Shown here piece after piece: positions 48,692 through 57,897 of a stretch of 64,000 nucleotides of DNA. Source of the stretch: a virus. The DNA is taken from IMG/VR virus record IMGVR_UViG_3300025168_000033, positions 1 to 64,000 of that record; one strand, written 5' to 3'. A model generated the notes under the pieces. It did not search any database, had not been told where the DNA came from, and saw only the letters and a program-made list of their open reading frames with translations. The translations under genes were made by a program, and so were the position numbers. Within the stretch, counting starts at the first letter, position 1. Every line of letters starts with the position of its first letter.

Positions 48692-49153
48692 TCACACATA
48701 TATGTAATGTCTATCATTATATTGTGAAGGTATAGCATTTCTTTCCATATACTCTTTTGTTTTAGTATATAGATATTTGTATCCATCTGATGTTTCTTGC
48801 ATTATAGCATATTCATCAGCATTTAAATAATTCATATTGATTGTAACAGTTTTAGCATCCACACCAATAGTTTTTACATCAATTTTAGTTCCTTCAACAG
48901 TTACAAAATCCCATCCGGGATCTGCATTTTTTGATATAGTTAAATCCGGCTCATTTTCTAGAAATCCTTCATGTAATCTATGGAATGCTACTTCACCGCA
49001 TTTTCCTTGAACAATATTAGATTTTATTTTATCTAGTGTTCTTCCGTTTCGTTGATGATATTTTGCAGTATTTTTTGCAAATTCACAACATTCGTTAATT
49101 TCCGCTTTCGTTAATCTTATTTTCATTTCTTTGTTTTTTAGCTTCAAGGACAA
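48692..49153 (-). CDS. PD-(D/E)xK nuclease-like protein
   Basis: GKCGEVAF, WDF and IDVKT; start uncertain. Confidence 0.65.
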   Translation of the reverse strand: MSLKLKNKEMKIRLTKAEINECCEFAKNTAKYHQRNGRTLDKIKSNIVQGKCGEVAFHRLHEGFLENEPDLTISKNADPGWDFVTVEGTKIDVKTIGVDAKTVTINMNYLNADEYAIMQETSDGYKYLYTKTKEYMERNAIPSQYNDRHYIYV

Positions 49154-49280
49154 TTTTTTTCTCCTCGATTTTAGTATAATTTTCTAATGCTTTGGCTAAT
49201 CGATTGTTAGATTCGATTAACGCGGGTATGTCCTTTTGATAGTACTTTCTACCCATTAATGATTTTTCAAAATCTGCCAT
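49095..49280 (-). CDS. hypothetical protein
   Basis: ORF track. Confidence 0.55.
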   Translation of the reverse strand: MADFEKSLMGRKYYQKDIPALIESNNRLAKALENYTKIEEKKIVLEAKKQRNENKINESGN

Positions 49281-49307
49281 AGTTTATGTTTATGTTTAGT
49301 TTAATTT

Positions 49308-50525
49308 TTAGTCAAGATTGAATGAATTAAAGAATCCACCTGAACTTTGTTTTTTCTTTTCTTTTTCTTCGTAGCTTGTTTCGTCTAGTATATTTTTGAA
49401 ATCTTTAAGTGCATTTAATTCTGATTTATTTATTTCAAGATTTGAAAATACCGCAATATTATTAGTCATTGATTCCATGATAGGAGTTGGTATAGCCTTT
49501 TCATGTAGAATCATAAGATTCCTATTATCTGCATAATTTTTTTCCAGTTGTTTCATTGAAACATCATTATATTTGCAGGTCATTTTAACTAATCCACAGA
49601 TTTCACTTATGATATCTTTATTCCAGAACATTACAGGATTTATAGTATCATATCTTTCATTGAATGTTTTCAATACTTCATTGATTTGTTTATCGCTTGG
49701 AGTTGAAAAATATTCTTGACCCTTTTTCTTACCTGATTTATATACTTTAGGTTGAGCATAAATCGGTGCAACATTATCACCTGAATCTCCTTTGATTATT
49801 TTTTTGAATTGAAATTCCGCTGTATTTACATCCGTAGAATCTAGAGATTTAACAATAGATTTTAATCCGTCTTTAGAATTGTCTGTAATATCTATAGGTT
49901 GATTGAATATATCTATTGCCTGTATTTTAGTTTTAGAGACCCAATCAGTGAATCCTGGGGCTACATATAGGGTCTTTGCAAATTTATTATAGTATATAGT
50001 ATTGGCATTATTAGTATCATCATGATTAACTAATTGGGTTAAATCGCCATCACCTGATATAACTAAAGCGTTACGACCTTTAGCATTTAAAACCGATGAA
50101 TATGCAAATATTAAATCATCGGCTTCACATCCATCTAAACGAACAGTTTTAATTCCTAGCTTTTCAATACCTTTAGCAAATTCCTGATGAGTTTCATAGA
50201 TTAATCCCCAGTCTATATCATTTGATTGTACGCGATTTGCTTTATATTTTATGTTTTCGCCTTGTTCAATATCCGCTTTAGGAAAGTAATGCTTTCGCCA
50301 TGATGAGCCATCAATACAATAAATTACGTTTTCTATTATTGCATCAAACCTTTTTAATTCTGATGCAAAATCCATAGATAGTTTCCATAGCAATAAATTT
50401 TTATCCGCAGCCGGATCTTTAATAAAATCGAATTTTCCGTTTGAAATATGCTTAGCTACATGATAAGTTTTATGTAACAGAAAGTTTCCGTCTATTAAAA
50501 TTGTGTACTTGTCGTTTTTAGTCAT
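49308..50525 (-). CDS. rnh: T4 RNase H-like 5'-3' exonuclease
   Basis: IDGN, SWRK, YKANR, EADD, SGDGDL and GDSGDN. Confidence 0.9.
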   Translation of the reverse strand: MTKNDKYTILIDGNFLLHKTYHVAKHISNGKFDFIKDPAADKNLLLWKLSMDFASELKRFDAIIENVIYCIDGSSWRKHYFPKADIEQGENIKYKANRVQSNDIDWGLIYETHQEFAKGIEKLGIKTVRLDGCEADDLIFAYSSVLNAKGRNALVISGDGDLTQLVNHDDTNNANTIYYNKFAKTLYVAPGFTDWVSKTKIQAIDIFNQPIDITDNSKDGLKSIVKSLDSTDVNTAEFQFKKIIKGDSGDNVAPIYAQPKVYKSGKKKGQEYFSTPSDKQINEVLKTFNERYDTINPVMFWNKDIISEICGLVKMTCKYNDVSMKQLEKNYADNRNLMILHEKAIPTPIMESMTNNIAVFSNLEINKSELNALKDFKNILDETSYEEKEKKKQSSGGFFNSFNLD

Positions 50526-50595
50526 TTGTCTTTATTTTAATTATAGTTAAATATAACAATAATAGTTGAAATAAAAAAATATTTTAACACTTATT

Positions 50596-51546
50596 TTATG
50601 TATTTATAATCGAATTTAATTTGAAAATTAATGAAAGTAAACAAACATAAGGGTCAATTACAAATCTGGATTGATATGAATGTTGATTGACTTCATATGC
50701 AATTAATGGTAATTTAGATGTTGCAGCTGGATATTCAGCCTGAATAAATTCTATAAATTCAGTTCCTAGTGATCCTATTACTTCATCGGTTTTAGATGAA
50801 TATTTACCTAGTTCTTTATAGAAATCTTTAGGTGCTTTTTTGCTAAAGATTAATTGATAAACATCTTTATGAGCTCCATGAAATTTTACAACAGTATCTT
50901 TTGTAATTGATGTTGTGCCTTCCATTTTATAGCCATGCAATGCCTTTATTGTCGATCTTAAATCTGGAAATTTTCTTCTTACTAATTCGACCAATGCATC
51001 ATTTTGAATTGTAAGGCCTTCAACAGAACAAATCTTATGAACACGACGCATATAGGATTTTTCAACCTCTTTGATTTCATCTTCGTTAAAATCAAAATTA
51101 ATACATTCAAATCTTGATTGTACGTTATCTGGTATTTTATTAAAGTAATTACAGGTTGCTATAAATCTTGTTGTCATGTGAAATTGTTCGATTGTTCCAC
51201 GTAATGCTTTAAAATATGCATCGGACACACCATCAAGCTCATCAAGAATTATGATTTTTAATTTGTCGGCACCACCCATAAGTGAATATGAAGATGCAAA
51301 ATCAGTAATTTTATTTCTTACACTATCTACGCCTGTTTCGTTAGAACAGTTGATATAAATGCTATCATGTGATTTTGCTAATACTTTGGCAGCCGATGTT
51401 TTACCTGAACCTGGAGGACCATGTAATAAAAAATGTGTATATGCGCCTTTGCGTATTTTTTCATCCACTCGATCGGGTAAAATTAAATCATCGAATGATT
51501 GAGGGCGATATTTTTCTTCCCAAAGTAATGTTGAAATGTGGTCCAT
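50596..51546 (-). CDS. gp44: clamp loader large subunit
   Basis: WEEKYRP, GPPGSGKT, IILDELD and SRF. Confidence 0.93.
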   Translation of the reverse strand: MDHISTLLWEEKYRPQSFDDLILPDRVDEKIRKGAYTHFLLHGPPGSGKTSAAKVLAKSHDSIYINCSNETGVDSVRNKITDFASSYSLMGGADKLKIIILDELDGVSDAYFKALRGTIEQFHMTTRFIATCNYFNKIPDNVQSRFECINFDFNEDEIKEVEKSYMRRVHKICSVEGLTIQNDALVELVRRKFPDLRSTIKALHGYKMEGTTSITKDTVVKFHGAHKDVYQLIFSKKAPKDFYKELGKYSSKTDEVIGSLGTEFIEFIQAEYPAATSKLPLIAYEVNQHSYQSRFVIDPYVCLLSLIFKLNSIINT

Positions 51547-51590
51547 AAATGTTTATTATTAATATTAAAATCTATTTAATTTGTTTCATT

Positions 51591-51740
51591 TTAGTCAAAG
51601 CTTTTCATCCAAATAGATAATATTTCTCTAGCTTCTTTTTTGCTTATGTCGAATACTCTTTCTAAGTAAGGTGCAGCACCTAACATATTAGTGATTCCTG
51701 AGTCTCTTAATTTATTTAAGTAATTGAAATATTCTATCAT
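51591..51740 (-). CDS. small hypothetical protein, 49 aa, absent from ORF track
   Basis: MIEYFNYLNKLRDSGITNMLGAAPYL... Confidence 0.65.
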   Translation of the reverse strand: MIEYFNYLNKLRDSGITNMLGAAPYLERVFDISKKEAREILSIWMKSFD

Positions 51741-52000
51741 GATTTTTGATTTTTAATGTGTTCGATTATATCTCCTATTGTTTCTATTCCTTGAGCTGAA
51801 TTATCTAATGCAACTACCTCAGTGTCTGGTGGTAACAGATTTGCAAGTTCATTTGTGAAGTGCATTTGAGCTCCGTTTTTTGTACCGACTCTTCTTGCTA
51901 TTTCAACTTTTTCCATAAATGGTGCATTATCAAATGCAGTGTCATCTGTGGTACTTACTATATCATTTCCGATTTTGAATATTCCGAATGTTGTGCTCAT
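51737..52000 (-). CDS. hypothetical protein
   Basis: ATGA-coupled to its neighbours. Confidence 0.65.
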   Translation of the reverse strand: MSTTFGIFKIGNDIVSTTDDTAFDNAPFMEKVEIARRVGTKNGAQMHFTNELANLLPPDTEVVALDNSAQGIETIGDIIEHIKNQKS

Positions 52001-52170
52001 GATTCTTTGTTTTTATGTTTTGGTTTCCGTGTATACGTCTTTTTACTTTTGTGAACCTTGTGAGGAGGTTGACTACCACCTTGTTCTATCTCAATATTTC
52101 TTCGTGCAGCTCTATCCATTTTGTGGATTTGCTCTTTAGTAATTTTGAGTGATTTGATTTTCTTAGCCAT
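51997..52170 (-). CDS. small basic protein
   Basis: HKVHKSKKTYTRKPKHK; likely start MAKK. Confidence 0.6.
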   Translation of the reverse strand: MAKKIKSLKITKEQIHKMDRAARRNIEIEQGGSQPPHKVHKSKKTYTRKPKHKNKES

Positions 52171-52336
52171 TACAATAATCTTTTGCATCTTCTAAAAGAC
52201 CGTTGAAATATCCGAGTAAATCGTATAGTTCCTCTTCGTTAATGAATTCTACGTTTGGAACTGTGAGAGTATCAAGACCGTTAACATCGATAAAATCTTG
52301 AACTTTTGCTGTTGGAATTGTTTTTGCGTTTGTCAT
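52163..52336 (-). CDS. small acidic early protein, 57 aa, absent from ORF track
   Basis: MTNAKTIPTAKV... directly after the early promoter. Confidence 0.6.
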   Translation of the reverse strand: MTNAKTIPTAKVQDFIDVNGLDTLTVPNVEFINEEELYDLLGYFNGLLEDAKDYCNG

Positions 52337-52355
52337 GTGTATGTGTATTTGTGAG

Positions 52356-52412
52356 TTATTAATTAATTTATAGTATAAATATAATCAAAAGGATCGACAG
52401 TAAAAAATCCTG
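52356..52412 (-). promoter_or_regulatory. early promoter repeat
   Basis: matches the consensus. Confidence 0.8.
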
Positions 52413-52429
52413 CCGAACCTTTTTTTTCA

Positions 52430-52519
52430 TTAAAAGTATTTTGATTTGTAATAATCTTCAAGACTTTGACAGCTTACTCCTAGAGCAATTACTGATAGTA
52501 TTATAAATGTTGTCCACAT
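52430..52519 (-). CDS. 29-aa putative lipoprotein/membrane peptide, absent from ORF track
   Basis: MWTTFIILSVIALGVSCQSLEDYYKSKYF. Confidence 0.45.
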   Translation of the reverse strand: MWTTFIILSVIALGVSCQSLEDYYKSKYF

Positions 52520-52546
52520 AGTGCGTATATTTAGTGTTAGTTAAAA

Positions 52547-53011
52547 TTATTTTATTTTGATTCTATTCATGTATGTGATCTTGTGTCCCATCTGTTCGTA
52601 ATGTTTAGTTGGGGTTCCGTCGATAGTAATTTCTTCACCTAACTCAGCAGAGATGTAAAGTTTGATTTTGTTGCCATCGGCAGTTTCAGCTATCACACCT
52701 TCATATTGCGTTTTTGTGATAGTTAATTTTAAATCTTTAATTCGCTTCTTAAGAGTTCCAAAGAATTCGCTTGTAGAATTTTCTTTGTTTCTTTTTGCGA
52801 TTGAATCGAAGTATTCAGAAACCTTTGCTTTTGCAGCACTCAACAAATTTAATTTTTTGTTGATTGTTGCTTGACCAACTCGCCAACCAGATTGAGAGTA
52901 ATATGGATCGTAATTTTTAGTGAACCAGATTAGCCAATTGATATCACTTAATGCGATTTCAGCGATTGTTCTTCCTGTGTGTTTTCCGAATGTAATTGTC
53001 AAATTTTCCAT
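52547..53011 (-). CDS. early protein with FGKH N-domain and OB-like C-domain
   Basis: ITFGKHTGRTIAEI...WLIW. Confidence 0.6.
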   Translation of the reverse strand: MENLTITFGKHTGRTIAEIALSDINWLIWFTKNYDPYYSQSGWRVGQATINKKLNLLSAAKAKVSEYFDSIAKRNKENSTSEFFGTLKKRIKDLKLTITKTQYEGVIAETADGNKIKLYISAELGEEITIDGTPTKHYEQMGHKITYMNRIKIK

Positions 53012-53033
53012 GTGTGTGTATTTATGTGTTATC

Positions 53034-53090
53034 AGTTATTAATTATTTATAGTTAAATATAATCAAAAAAATCGACAGTAAAAAATCCTG
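53034..53090 (-). promoter_or_regulatory. early promoter repeat
   Basis: matches the consensus; near-duplicate of the 53454 copy. Confidence 0.8.
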
Positions 53091-53100
53091 GTGAACTTTT

Positions 53101-53430
53101 TTAAAAATCTTTATTTTTAAGCTCTGCTATTTCGTATTCCCAGTTCTTATCGAGTTGTAGTAATGCAAATACCAGATCCTTTTTGCGTTCATAGCTATTG
53201 TAATCTTCGAAGTATTCATATAGATTTTCATCTACATTATCATCAAGTATTGCAACTTCCCACCAGGTAGTTTCGCAACTATCTTCGTTGAAATTAACTG
53301 TGAAATTTTTTCCTGTGTATGTGTAGTAACCGGGAAGTTTAGTAATTTTGTCGTTAATAAGAAGTTCGGCTTTAGTAACTCTACTTCCGAAATCTCTTAC
53401 TTGTTGTGCAACTGTACGATATTTTTTCAT
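53101..53430 (-). CDS. hypothetical early protein
   Basis: flanked by two early promoter units. Confidence 0.65.
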   Translation of the reverse strand: MKKYRTVAQQVRDFGSRVTKAELLINDKITKLPGYYTYTGKNFTVNFNEDSCETTWWEVAILDDNVDENLYEYFEDYNSYERKKDLVFALLQLDKNWEYEIAELKNKDF

Positions 53431-53453
53431 GATGTGTGTATTTATGTGTTATC

Positions 53454-53510
53454 AGTTATTAATTATTTATAGTTAAATATAAACAAAATAATTGACAATA
53501 AAAAATCCTG
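53454..53510 (-). promoter_or_regulatory. early promoter repeat
   Basis: matches the consensus. Confidence 0.8.
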
Positions 53511-53516
53511 ATGAAC

Positions 53517-54014
53517 TTATTTTTTGGATTTTTTCAAATACTCCATGAATGCCTTCTGGTCTTTACGTAATAAGGCTTTACAGTAATGTGTGAATGCTAA
53601 TGAATCTTCAAGTATTAAATTAGGCACCATTTTTGCATCCTTGACATAACGCTCGTTACATGATTCACACACAAAATTATCAGGCTTAAAATAATCCATC
53701 TGTGATTCTATCGGAATTTTACAGTATGCACAATCCCATTTTACTAGTTTAAGATTTCTATTCATCTCAACCAGATTAGTAATTTCTTTTGTGTGCGGAT
53801 CTACATAAACTTTTCTAAACATTGGATTGTCTAGAATTTGATCCTCCATTTTAAATATGATTTTTAATGCGGCATCATCGGGTGAGATTTCATCCAACAA
53901 TTTATCTTGTGTTAATAGCTTTACGTGCCTAGGCAAAAGAAGGTCCAGAATAATTCTGAACCTTGTTTTTCTTCTTCCTTTATTTTGTCTTTTTATAATA
54001 GACTTTCTAGCCAT
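53517..54014 (-). CDS. Zn-finger hypothetical protein
   Basis: CAYC...CESC. Confidence 0.65.
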   Translation of the reverse strand: MARKSIIKRQNKGRRKTRFRIILDLLLPRHVKLLTQDKLLDEISPDDAALKIIFKMEDQILDNPMFRKVYVDPHTKEITNLVEMNRNLKLVKWDCAYCKIPIESQMDYFKPDNFVCESCNERYVKDAKMVPNLILEDSLAFTHYCKALLRKDQKAFMEYLKKSKK

Positions 54015-54021
54015 TTATTAA

Positions 54022-54903
54022 TTAACCTTTAAGTTCCTTAATTTTTGCTTTAAGCTTTTTAAGAGCCGTTGCAGAAGTTGCAAGTTCCTTTTCAGCTTTA
54101 TTTCTTTCAGAACCAGCTTCTATATCTGCAAGTTCTTTCTTTTGGAAATCTATATCTATCTGAGTTTCGTCAGCTTGATCTTGCAGTTTTTCAATTTTTT
54201 CCTTGTTTTCCTTGTCACCTTCAGATTTCTTTTCATCATCTTCAGATTTCTTACCTTCGTCTTCTTTAGCTTTTTTAGCTTTTTCTGCTTTTGCTAATTT
54301 ATCAAGTTCCGCAGATGCTTCTTCTTCACGTTTTTGTGTTTTATTTATTTGAGCTTTTAAAGATGTTCTTTCTGCATCACTTGCAGATTCTAGATCCGCT
54401 TCTAAAGCAGCTAATGTACCTTTAATTCTTAATTTAGCCGTAAATTTTTTCAAAAACGGCGTCGTAGCCTTTTCATCTGCGACAGATTCTAATTCACTTA
54501 CTTTTGATGAAATAACTTTTTGTTTTTTAGTTACCATGTCATCAATCTTTTTCTTTTGATCAGATCTTGAAGTTCTATCTAGATTTTTATTATCATCAAG
54601 CTTTTGCTTTCTTTTATCACCAGAAGATTCTACTTCAACAGAATCTAGCTTAGCCTTATTAGCTTTTTTCTGAGTCTTTTTAATTTTTCTTGCCTTTAAT
54701 AAAGTACCAACAACCTCATTAAGTTCATCAAAATTTTCCATTGATTCGGTAATACCACCGTCATGGCCATTAAAATAAATTGCCTTTATATAATGTTGCA
54801 ATTCCTTTTCAGTTAATCCTGGATGTTGCATTTTTAACTCATCCAATAAACTATTACTGGTTTCAGTTAATTCTATATGCTCATTTAAGCTATGTAATTT
54901 CAT
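54022..54903 (-). CDS. charged coiled-coil protein with divergent capsid-targeting leader
   Basis: MKLHSLNEHIELTE, plus ITE and LNE sites; K/E-rich. Confidence 0.6.
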   Translation of the reverse strand: MKLHSLNEHIELTETSNSLLDELKMQHPGLTEKELQHYIKAIYFNGHDGGITESMENFDELNEVVGTLLKARKIKKTQKKANKAKLDSVEVESSGDKRKQKLDDNKNLDRTSRSDQKKKIDDMVTKKQKVISSKVSELESVADEKATTPFLKKFTAKLRIKGTLAALEADLESASDAERTSLKAQINKTQKREEEASAELDKLAKAEKAKKAKEDEGKKSEDDEKKSEGDKENKEKIEKLQDQADETQIDIDFQKKELADIEAGSERNKAEKELATSATALKKLKAKIKELKG

Positions 54904-54954
54904 AATATTATTTGTTTTATTTATATATTTCAATTTTTTTAATTATCTATAGAA

Positions 54955-55671
54955 TTAACTAAAACTATCTTCATCCCAGTCGTCTTCGTTATTAATCCAA
55001 CCTTGATCTGGATCGCTTTCAGCAGATGTAGTAAAATCATGACGCTTCCAGTTAAAATTACTTTTAGCTACTAAAGCAGGATATAAAATTTTTCCTCTTG
55101 GTGCTTTTGTTTTTTTCTTACCAAATTCAATATCTATTCCAATTGATCTGTCTGCATCAGGATATCCGTTCATTTTAGCAAGTAATTCATAGTAATCCAT
55201 ACCACCAAATTCACCGTATCCTTCATATTTATTTTCAGCCCATTTATTACCTTCATTATCAAACATAAACATTTTGATTCTATTTCCAGGCATGTTACCT
55301 ATTTGCTGACCTGTGTCCTGAGTAAACCAAGAATATTGTCCTTCGTTTAATTCATTAGATTCATTTACAGGTTCCATACCTGTTCGGCGTTTAACATATT
55401 CCATTATTTCTGTATAAGAAACAGATTCAGGATATTCAGGTTTTCCAGTAGTAGTTAAAGATTTCTTTTTAAAATCTGCAGTTATTGTAAAGCTTCCTGA
55501 TGCTGGTGTAATTTCTAAAATATCACCGCTTACTGAGGCAGTAAATCTTTTAGGCTTTAAAAATGAACTAAAATGTTTAGATTCTTTATTTAAGAAATCT
55601 GCAAGAGTCGATGGAGATTCATCATGTTTAGATTCATTAACGAATTCGTCAAATGACTGTATATTTTTCAT
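54955..55671 (-). CDS. capsid-targeted two-module protein
   Basis: leader MKNIQSFDEFVNE; linker VNESNELNE. Confidence 0.75.
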   Translation of the reverse strand: MKNIQSFDEFVNESKHDESPSTLADFLNKESKHFSSFLKPKRFTASVSGDILEITPASGSFTITADFKKKSLTTTGKPEYPESVSYTEIMEYVKRRTGMEPVNESNELNEGQYSWFTQDTGQQIGNMPGNRIKMFMFDNEGNKWAENKYEGYGEFGGMDYYELLAKMNGYPDADRSIGIDIEFGKKKTKAPRGKILYPALVAKSNFNWKRHDFTTSAESDPDQGWINNEDDWDEDSFS

Positions 55672-55690
55672 GTTATAATATTGTTTTTAA

Positions 55691-56098
55691 TTAGTATGCA
55701 AGTTTAATTTCTAATGCTTGTCTTTTTTTGATAGCTTTTTCTATTTTATCGTCTATGGCATTTAATTCATTACCATATCTATTTGCATCATCATCGGTCC
55801 AATCGTCTCCTTTTTGACCAGCTTCATTTTCCATGTCTGAAAAAATTTCACTTTTGTTAGAATATAATTCTTTGAGGTCTGCAATAATATCATCAAGCTC
55901 ATCTTCAATAGCTTGTCTTTTCTTACCATATACTCTCTTTTTCATTCGTTGCTTATAGTATTGCTTATAGTCTGCCATTTTCTTTTCACGTTCCATTTTA
56001 GCGGCACGAATAGCAATAAGTACTGGATCATTATTTGATATTTCATTTAATTCATAAGATTCATTTATGAAATCATCAAAAGACTCAAAGTTTTTCAT
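55691..56098 (-). CDS. capsid-targeted helical protein
   Basis: leader MKNFESFDDFINESYELNE; late promoter at 56118-56126. Confidence 0.75.
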   Translation of the reverse strand: MKNFESFDDFINESYELNEISNNDPVLIAIRAAKMEREKKMADYKQYYKQRMKKRVYGKKRQAIEDELDDIIADLKELYSNKSEIFSDMENEAGQKGDDWTDDDANRYGNELNAIDDKIEKAIKKRQALEIKLAY

Positions 56099-56140
56099 AT
56101 TGATTTTATTTATTTATTTATATATCTTTTAATAGAGCAC

Positions 56141-56172
56141 AAAAAAAGGTCAGGACAAAGTCCTGACCTTTT
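56141..56172 (-). terminator. intrinsic terminator after the major capsid gene
   Basis: aaaaggtcaggac / gtcctgacctttt stem plus U-tract. Confidence 0.88.
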
Positions 56173-56192
56173 AAATATTAAAAAACTATTGA

Positions 56193-57869
56193 TTAATATA
56201 TTCCGTATTGAGAGAATATACCAAAAGTAATATAGTTTGTTTCTGGGTGATGTCCAGCTTCAACTAATGCGAATCTAGATTTAACCGCAATTTTAGGAGC
56301 CATTGTTCCTTCAGCGATAGTTTCTACTGATTCAGCCATTAAGTAAGGCATGAATACCAATCCAGGTGAATTACCATCTCCTTTTCTTCCAACTAATACT
56401 CTGTTGTCAGACCAAGCCATGTTAGGATCAACATAAACAGCTACACCTCCAATTGTTCCAACTGGGTAAAGTGAACCACCTACTTGATTTAAAGTATTTG
56501 CCATTGGCGCAGCGATAAAACCAGCACTATCTTGTAAAGCAGTAGCGATTTGACCGTTTGTTACCATGAAGTTAGCATTACCTCTTCTTCCTCTGATAGC
56601 AATCATGTTAGCACAAGCAAGAACCTTACTAAAGATCTTTCTTTGTCTTGTATGAATGTTTTCTGAAGTAGATATAGTAGTACCTTCAGTTGCAGGAACA
56701 GGAGTAGTAAAATCACCTACTCTGTTAGCTCCAGTAGAATCAATTGCAGATCCAAAAGAACCAATTGCAGTTGTAGTATTAGATAAGTTCAAGTGGAAAT
56801 GAACATTTTGAGTTTTAGAAATATTTGCATGGTTTTTAACACCTAATTTAAACAATCTTTCTAAGATGTTTTTGTTGATTGATTGAGTCAATTCATTTGC
56901 AAGAACAGCTTCAACCTGAGCAACAGCATCAACACCAAATTGTTTTAAATCTTGAACTTGTTCTCTTGTAACTGCAGCAGCAACTTGGAAAGTTTTAGCT
57001 TCAACAGATTGATTGAACAATGTCAAGTTCATGATATTATCTTGAGTTGTTTCACCAGCATCTCTTGAATAAGGATCATTAGATCCATAAGAATTACCAG
57101 AGAATCCAGTAATATGATCTTCTAGAGATTTTACTAATGAAGCAGCAGAAGTTTGATCAGCTCCGTCTTGAACACCAACTGCGGTTGCAGAAGTAGCAGC
57201 ATAAACAGCCCATGAACCATCAATACAATCAGCAATTGAAGGAGCAGTAGTAGTATTACCTACACTATAAACATTACCAGTAGCAATAGTACCAGTAGAA
57301 ATTACTTCAAAGATACTAAATCCATCAATTCTAGAAGTTCCTAAGAATTTAGAATAAATTGCGTTAGCATTGTTACCAGTTGTTCCAGCAGAAGCTAAGA
57401 AGTGATTATCATTAACAACAAGAGTTGAATCAGTAGTATCAACCTTGATTATAGCAGGATTATTATCAGTTCCTTTAGCATCCAATTTTCCACCTCCGTA
57501 AACGAAGTCTAAATAAGTTAAAACACCCATTGGTCCAGGCATTGGTATAACTGGTACTAGGTCTAAACCTACAGTATTTGCAGCAACTTGCATTGCTAAA
57601 GGTAATAAAGTGTGAGCTTTATCTCCTGATCCTTTTACACCACCGGCAAAACCGTCTTGTGATCCTGGGGGTCCAGGGAATTTTGTTGCTCCCATTCCGT
57701 TTACACCACCTAAAGTTGCGTAAGCGTTGTTTTCGTAAAGCTCATGGTTATGACAGTATTTTGACATCCATTCAACAGTATTACGGTCTTTAATTCCCGT
57801 AGTAGACTCGATGATCGGTGCCCATTTACTCATAACCTCAGCTTCGTTAATCATTTTATGTCCGTACAT
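56193..57869 (-). CDS. gp23: major capsid protein
   Basis: KWAPI, LVPVIPMPGP, VEAKT, QDLK, FMPY and KSRFAL. Confidence 0.95.
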   Translation of the reverse strand: MYGHKMINEAEVMSKWAPIIESTTGIKDRNTVEWMSKYCHNHELYENNAYATLGGVNGMGATKFPGPPGSQDGFAGGVKGSGDKAHTLLPLAMQVAANTVGLDLVPVIPMPGPMGVLTYLDFVYGGGKLDAKGTDNNPAIIKVDTTDSTLVVNDNHFLASAGTTGNNANAIYSKFLGTSRIDGFSIFEVISTGTIATGNVYSVGNTTTAPSIADCIDGSWAVYAATSATAVGVQDGADQTSAASLVKSLEDHITGFSGNSYGSNDPYSRDAGETTQDNIMNLTLFNQSVEAKTFQVAAAVTREQVQDLKQFGVDAVAQVEAVLANELTQSINKNILERLFKLGVKNHANISKTQNVHFHLNLSNTTTAIGSFGSAIDSTGANRVGDFTTPVPATEGTTISTSENIHTRQRKIFSKVLACANMIAIRGRRGNANFMVTNGQIATALQDSAGFIAAPMANTLNQVGGSLYPVGTIGGVAVYVDPNMAWSDNRVLVGRKGDGNSPGLVFMPYLMAESVETIAEGTMAPKIAVKSRFALVEAGHHPETNYITFGIFSQYGIY

Positions 57870-57897
57870 AATATTTTGATTTTTTTAAGTTTGGTTT

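Noticed and set aside
700-53510. Recurrent 50-bp repeat as a CRISPR array or mobile-element end
   Set aside because: Copies are dispersed, separated by whole genes and always upstream of starts; there are no regular spacers and no cas or transposase gene.
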